Both the position numbers and the translations under genes were made by a program. The notes below the pieces were generated by a model. It worked only from the letters and a program-made list of their open reading frames with translations. It ran no database searches and was not told where the DNA came from. From IMG/VR virus record IMGVR_UViG_3300030102_005682, positions 1 through 58,146 of that record: a stretch of 58,146 bases of DNA. One strand, written 5' to 3'. This document shows positions 54,740 through 58,146 of the stretch, in pieces (the stretch's first letter is position 1; each line of letters begins with the position of its first letter). This DNA is from a virus (Duplodnaviria; Caudoviricetes).

Positions 54740-56242
54740 TTGAAATACGAGAAATTTAGAGAGATATTTAAAGGTTTAGATAGAGCCTATGGTGTCTATT
54801 ATAAAGGTGAAACAAAGGAGAATGGAAAGCTTTCTGGTAAAGCCTACATTAAAAAAGAGCCTTTGTTTGATCAATACTATGATGCTCATCTAGACGGTAA
54901 GGACCCTGGACTAGGGGTAATTCCTATCATGGACGACTCCAATTGTTTTTGGGGTTGCTGTGATATTGATAAGTATCCTCTAGATTTCAAAGCTATAATA
55001 AAAAAATTAAGAAACAAAAATATTCCTATGATTGTGTGTCGTTCTAAGAGTGGCGGGGCACATCTATTTCTTTTTACTAAACAGCCTGTGCCTGCATCTT
55101 TAATGAGAACTAAGTTATCAGAGATAGCTGCCTCTTTAGGATATGCAGATTGTGAAATATTTCCAAAGCAAGAAGAGATAAAAAAAGATAGAGGAGACAC
55201 AGGTAATTTTTTAAACCTACCTTATCACGGTGGTGATGAGAGTATGAGATATGCCATGGATGATGAGGGTAATTCATTATCTGTGGAAGAGTTTTATCAA
55301 CTATATGATAAATATGTTTTGACTCCAAAAGAACTAAAAGATGTAAAGGTTGTTGAAGAGTCAAGAGAGTTAAAGGATGGTCCACCTTGTTTGGAAACTT
55401 TGATGGCTGAGGGTTTCCCTGAAGGTACAAGAGACAATGCTTTGTATCAATATGCAGTGTATGCAAAGAAAGCTTTTCCTGATCACTGGCAAGATAAGAT
55501 ATCTGAGTTCAATCATAAATATATGGACCCAGCTTTATCTGTTAACCAGGTAAATAAAACAATCAGACAGCATGAAAAGAAAGAGTATGCGTACAAATGT
55601 AAAGATCAACCAATGTGTTCACATTGTAATTCTAATTTATGTCGTCAAAGACAGTTTGGTATTGGTGTAGATTATGAACATAAGTTTGGTGATTTAACGA
55701 AGTATCAATCCGATGAATCTGTTTGGTTTCTAAACGTTGATGGTAGGCGTTTAGAGTTAACCACAGATAGCCTGTTCGAGCAGTCTAAGTTTCGAAAAGC
55801 TTGTATGGATAATTTGAATGTACTCCCAAATCCATTGAGTAATAGAGACTGGACTGCTCGTATTCAGCAGCTACTACAATCAGTCGAAATAATAGAAATG
55901 CCCAAAGAGGTTAGAAAGGAAGGTCGCTTTGAACAACATCTCGATAATTTCATTAATGATCAAGGTAAGGCACTCAATATTGAAGAAATTCTTATTGGAA
56001 AAGCCTGGTCAGAAGACGGAAAAATCTACTTCAAAATGTCTTCACTAGAAGAATATTTAATGAAGAAGAGGTTTACTGAGTTTACTACAACTCAGATGGG
56101 AGCACGTATCAAACAAATAGGTGGTGGCGATACTCGTAAGAGAGTTCGTGGTCGCTTGGTTTACATGTGGTACGTGCCCGACCAAGAGAAAGAAGAGGTA
56201 AACTTAGACTTACCTTCTATGAAGGAGGAGATACCATTTTAA
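54740..56242 (+). CDS. AEP-superfamily primase with PriCT-like and Cys-cluster regions
   Basis: WGCCDID, RSKSGGAHLF, EIFPKQ, GNFLNLPY, PPCL, EGTRDNAL; GGGAG RBS favours TTG 54740. Confidence 0.8.
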   Translation: MKYEKFREIFKGLDRAYGVYYKGETKENGKLSGKAYIKKEPLFDQYYDAHLDGKDPGLGVIPIMDDSNCFWGCCDIDKYPLDFKAIIKKLRNKNIPMIVCRSKSGGAHLFLFTKQPVPASLMRTKLSEIAASLGYADCEIFPKQEEIKKDRGDTGNFLNLPYHGGDESMRYAMDDEGNSLSVEEFYQLYDKYVLTPKELKDVKVVEESRELKDGPPCLETLMAEGFPEGTRDNALYQYAVYAKKAFPDHWQDKISEFNHKYMDPALSVNQVNKTIRQHEKKEYAYKCKDQPMCSHCNSNLCRQRQFGIGVDYEHKFGDLTKYQSDESVWFLNVDGRRLELTTDSLFEQSKFRKACMDNLNVLPNPLSNRDWTARIQQLLQSVEIIEMPKEVRKEGRFEQHLDNFINDQGKALNIEEILIGKAWSEDGKIYFKMSSLEEYLMKKRFTEFTTTQMGARIKQIGGGDTRKRVRGRLVYMWYVPDQEKEEVNLDLPSMKEEIPF

Positions 56243-57324
56243 AACATTTAGATTTATTTTCAGGTATAGGTGGGTTTAGTCTTGGTTTAGAAGAAGCAGG
56301 ATTAGTTGATACGGTAGCTTTTTGTGATTGGGAGGCTTACTGTCAAGAAGTTTTAAGAAAACATTGGCCAGGCGTGCCAGTGTATGGAGATATAAAGGAG
56401 CTAACACATGAAAGACTCAGAGCAGATGGAATTAATTCCATCGACATCATCACAGGAGGATACCCCTGTCAGCCTTTCTCAGTCGCTGGACGACAAAAAG
56501 CTGAAAAGGATCCGAGACATCTCTGGCCAGAGTATTTTAGGCTTGTCAAAGAACTCAGGCCAACTTGGGTCATTGGAGAAAACGTTAGTGGACACGTTAA
56601 ACTCGGTCTCGACACCGTACTCGAGAACTTGGAGAGTGAAGGTTACTCAACAAGGACGTTTAGTATTTCAGCTTCGAGCATCGGTGCCAACCATCAACGG
56701 GAAAGGATCTGGGTTATTGCCCACGCCAACGACACAGGAGATAGAACATCACGACATCAATTTAACAAAGACAGGGAGAAGATTATCAAAGGACGGGAAG
56801 AGCAGTCACAGTTTGAACTTAGCAGATACGGTGAGGGTTTGGAGAACTCCAGATGCTCACAGTGGCCGTGGAGCTTCGAGCAAGGAAAGAATGAAGATGA
56901 AATTAGAGAAGGGTATGCCAATCAGCCTGAACGATCAGGTGGCACATCCGAACTTGATGTGGCCGACTCCAAGAGCATCAGCAGCGATGGCAGAGGACAT
57001 CAAGAATATACAGAAGCGGGGCACGGAGAGGGGCAGGTTAGAGGAGAGAGTGGCTTTAAGATGGCCGACTCCAACTACAAACGACAGCAAGAACAACGGG
57101 GGAGCATCTCAACTACGAGCAGGCAGGAGAGGTTTTGGAAAGAATCTGAATGCCGTAGTAGCGCAGAGATCTCAAAATGGTGGGAGTCTGAACCCGACGT
57201 GGGTCGAGTGGCTCATGGCTTACCCAAAAGGGTGGACAGACTTAAGTGCTTAGGTAATGCAGTTGTACCTATTATTCCTTATCTGATCGGTAAAAGTATT
57301 CTAGAGACATACGACATTGAGTAA
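56236..57324 (+). CDS. C5 cytosine DNA methyltransferase, alpha chain (motifs I-VIII and X)
   Basis: DLFSGIGG, GGYPCQPFS, GENV, HQRERIW, LKCLGNAV; start proposed at ATT 56236 (ORF track gives 56167). Confidence 0.9.
   Translation: MLKHLDLFSGIGGFSLGLEEAGLVDTVAFCDWEAYCQEVLRKHWPGVPVYGDIKELTHERLRADGINSIDIITGGYPCQPFSVAGRQKAEKDPRHLWPEYFRLVKELRPTWVIGENVSGHVKLGLDTVLENLESEGYSTRTFSISASSIGANHQRERIWVIAHANDTGDRTSRHQFNKDREKIIKGREEQSQFELSRYGEGLENSRCSQWPWSFEQGKNEDEIREGYANQPERSGGTSELDVADSKSISSDGRGHQEYTEAGHGEGQVRGESGFKMADSNYKRQQEQRGSISTTSRQERFWKESECRSSAEISKWWESEPDVGRVAHGLPKRVDRLKCLGNAVVPIIPYLIGKSILETYDIE
56408..57253 (+). CDS. Overlapping +1-frame methyltransferase beta chain (TRD-like repeats and motif IX)
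   Basis: AAGGAG 7 nt before ATG; four (L/W)(P/R)TP repeats; LNPTWVEWLMAYPKGWT. Confidence 0.75.
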   Translation: MKDSEQMELIPSTSSQEDTPVSLSQSLDDKKLKRIRDISGQSILGLSKNSGQLGSLEKTLVDTLNSVSTPYSRTWRVKVTQQGRLVFQLRASVPTINGKGSGLLPTPTTQEIEHHDINLTKTGRRLSKDGKSSHSLNLADTVRVWRTPDAHSGRGASSKERMKMKLEKGMPISLNDQVAHPNLMWPTPRASAAMAEDIKNIQKRGTERGRLEERVALRWPTPTTNDSKNNGGASQLRAGRRGFGKNLNAVVAQRSQNGGSLNPTWVEWLMAYPKGWTDLSA

Positions 57325-58146
57325 TACAAACATTATCTTTGGTCCACCAGGGACAGGTAAGACGACTAGGTTATTGCGTATCGTGGAAGAAGAATTGGAA
57401 CGTGGAACACCGCCCGACCGCATAGGATATTTTGCATTTACCCGCAAAGCTTCTCGTGAAGCGATTGATCGAGCCTGCACAAAATTTAATTTACAAAGAA
57501 AAGATTTTTCTAATTTTAGAACTTTACATAGTCTTGCCTATCACTCTTTATCTTTAGATAAAACAAATGTTATGAAAGATGAGCATTACAATGAGTGCTC
57601 TGACTTACTTCAAGTTAAATTAAAAAACGCAGATAAAACTGTAGACAATTACGGTGCCTTTGTAGCTGAGGATGTTTATATGCAACTCATAAATTTAGCT
57701 AAGGTTACAAACGAGCCTTTAAATAAAGTGTTTCATGAGTATGGTCACGTGCCTGGGGGTTGGTTGAAACTGGACTATGTTGATAGGGCTTTAAAAAAAT
57801 ATAAAGAAGAAAGAAACTTATTTGATTATACAGATATGGTTATGGAATATAACAAACAAAAGCCACAGTGTAAGTTAGAAGTATTGATTGTTGATGAGGC
57901 TCAGGACTTATCTTACATACAGTGGGAGATGATAAACAATATGAAAGATCAAGTAGAAAGAGTTTACATAGCTGGAGATGACGATCAAGCCATATTCAAA
58001 TGGTCAGGTGCACAGCCTGACTTTCTAATAAATTTAGAAGGTAAAAGAGAAATACTCAATCAATCATATAGAGTGCCGATAGCAGTGCATCGAGTGGCAA
58101 ATAGTTTAGTGTCAAGGATAGATAATAGGGTGCCAAAAGAATACAT
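57317..58146 (+). CDS. UvrD/Rep-like helicase, 5' part (runs off the end)
   Basis: TTG start; GPPGTGKTT Walker A, FAFTRKA, FRTLHSL; in frame with the repeat of 1-558. Confidence 0.92.
   Translation, partial: MSNTNIIFGPPGTGKTTRLLRIVEEELERGTPPDRIGYFAFTRKASREAIDRACTKFNLQRKDFSNFRTLHSLAYHSLSLDKTNVMKDEHYNECSDLLQVKLKNADKTVDNYGAFVAEDVYMQLINLAKVTNEPLNKVFHEYGHVPGGWLKLDYVDRALKKYKEERNLFDYTDMVMEYNKQKPQCKLEVLIVDEAQDLSYIQWEMINNMKDQVERVYIAGDDDQAIFKWSGAQPDFLINLEGKREILNQSYRVPIAVHRVANSLVSRIDNRVPKEY
57589..58146. repeat. Right copy of imperfect terminal direct repeat
   Basis: Aligns to 1-558 at about 92% identity. Confidence 0.95.

Noticed and set aside
10666-55466. Numerous 60-130 aa antisense or alternate-frame ORFs inside long genes
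   Set aside because: Shadows of well-supported genes with no RBS or motifs, unlike 56408-57253.
909-57030. Apparent abundance of CCGTG/CACGG
   Set aside because: Rough manual count is close to what base composition predicts for a 5-mer.
57589-58146. DGR-like template/variable repeat pair or true uvrD duplication
   Set aside because: Differences are mainly synonymous third positions, not adenine-specific; no reverse transcriptase is present; the copies sit exactly at the contig ends.
1-58146. Integrase, tRNA, rRNA, IS elements, phage RNA polymerase
   Set aside because: No recognisable motifs found by eye; absence is not proven without HMM and tRNA scans.

Overview
The window looks like one essentially complete, circularly permuted, AT-rich tailed-phage genome with a unit length of about 57,588 bp. 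Bases 1-558 recur, with mostly synonymous differences, at 57589-58146 inside a UvrD-type helicase gene. Gene content fits a short-tailed marine phage: family-A DNA polymerase, SF1 and SNF2 helicases, AEP primase, TerS/TerL, portal, GroES, scaffold, Mu gpT-like major capsid, adaptor/nozzle/fibre proteins, large putative ejection proteins, lysozyme and five 2OG-Fe(II) oxygenases. Resemblance to HTVC023P-type pelagiphages is my inference and was not checked. The most striking locus is 3256-5537, an operon with an early-type promoter, an RHH regulator, a stand-alone RAMP/Cas7-like gene and a coupled partner gene. It is followed by a 420-bp non-coding array of nine GGCA-delimited units built from GGY-NN pentamers, which makes it a candidate RNA-guided system without cas1/cas2 or a canonical CRISPR array. 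Other highlights are a C5 methyltransferase split over two overlapping frames with four TRD-like repeats, a pseudoknotted RNA after the capsid gene, strong over-representation of GGCCAGG, a shared short GG motif in many late proteins and two repeat-rich intergenic regions. All calls come from motif recognition and manual counting; no database search or folding program was run.
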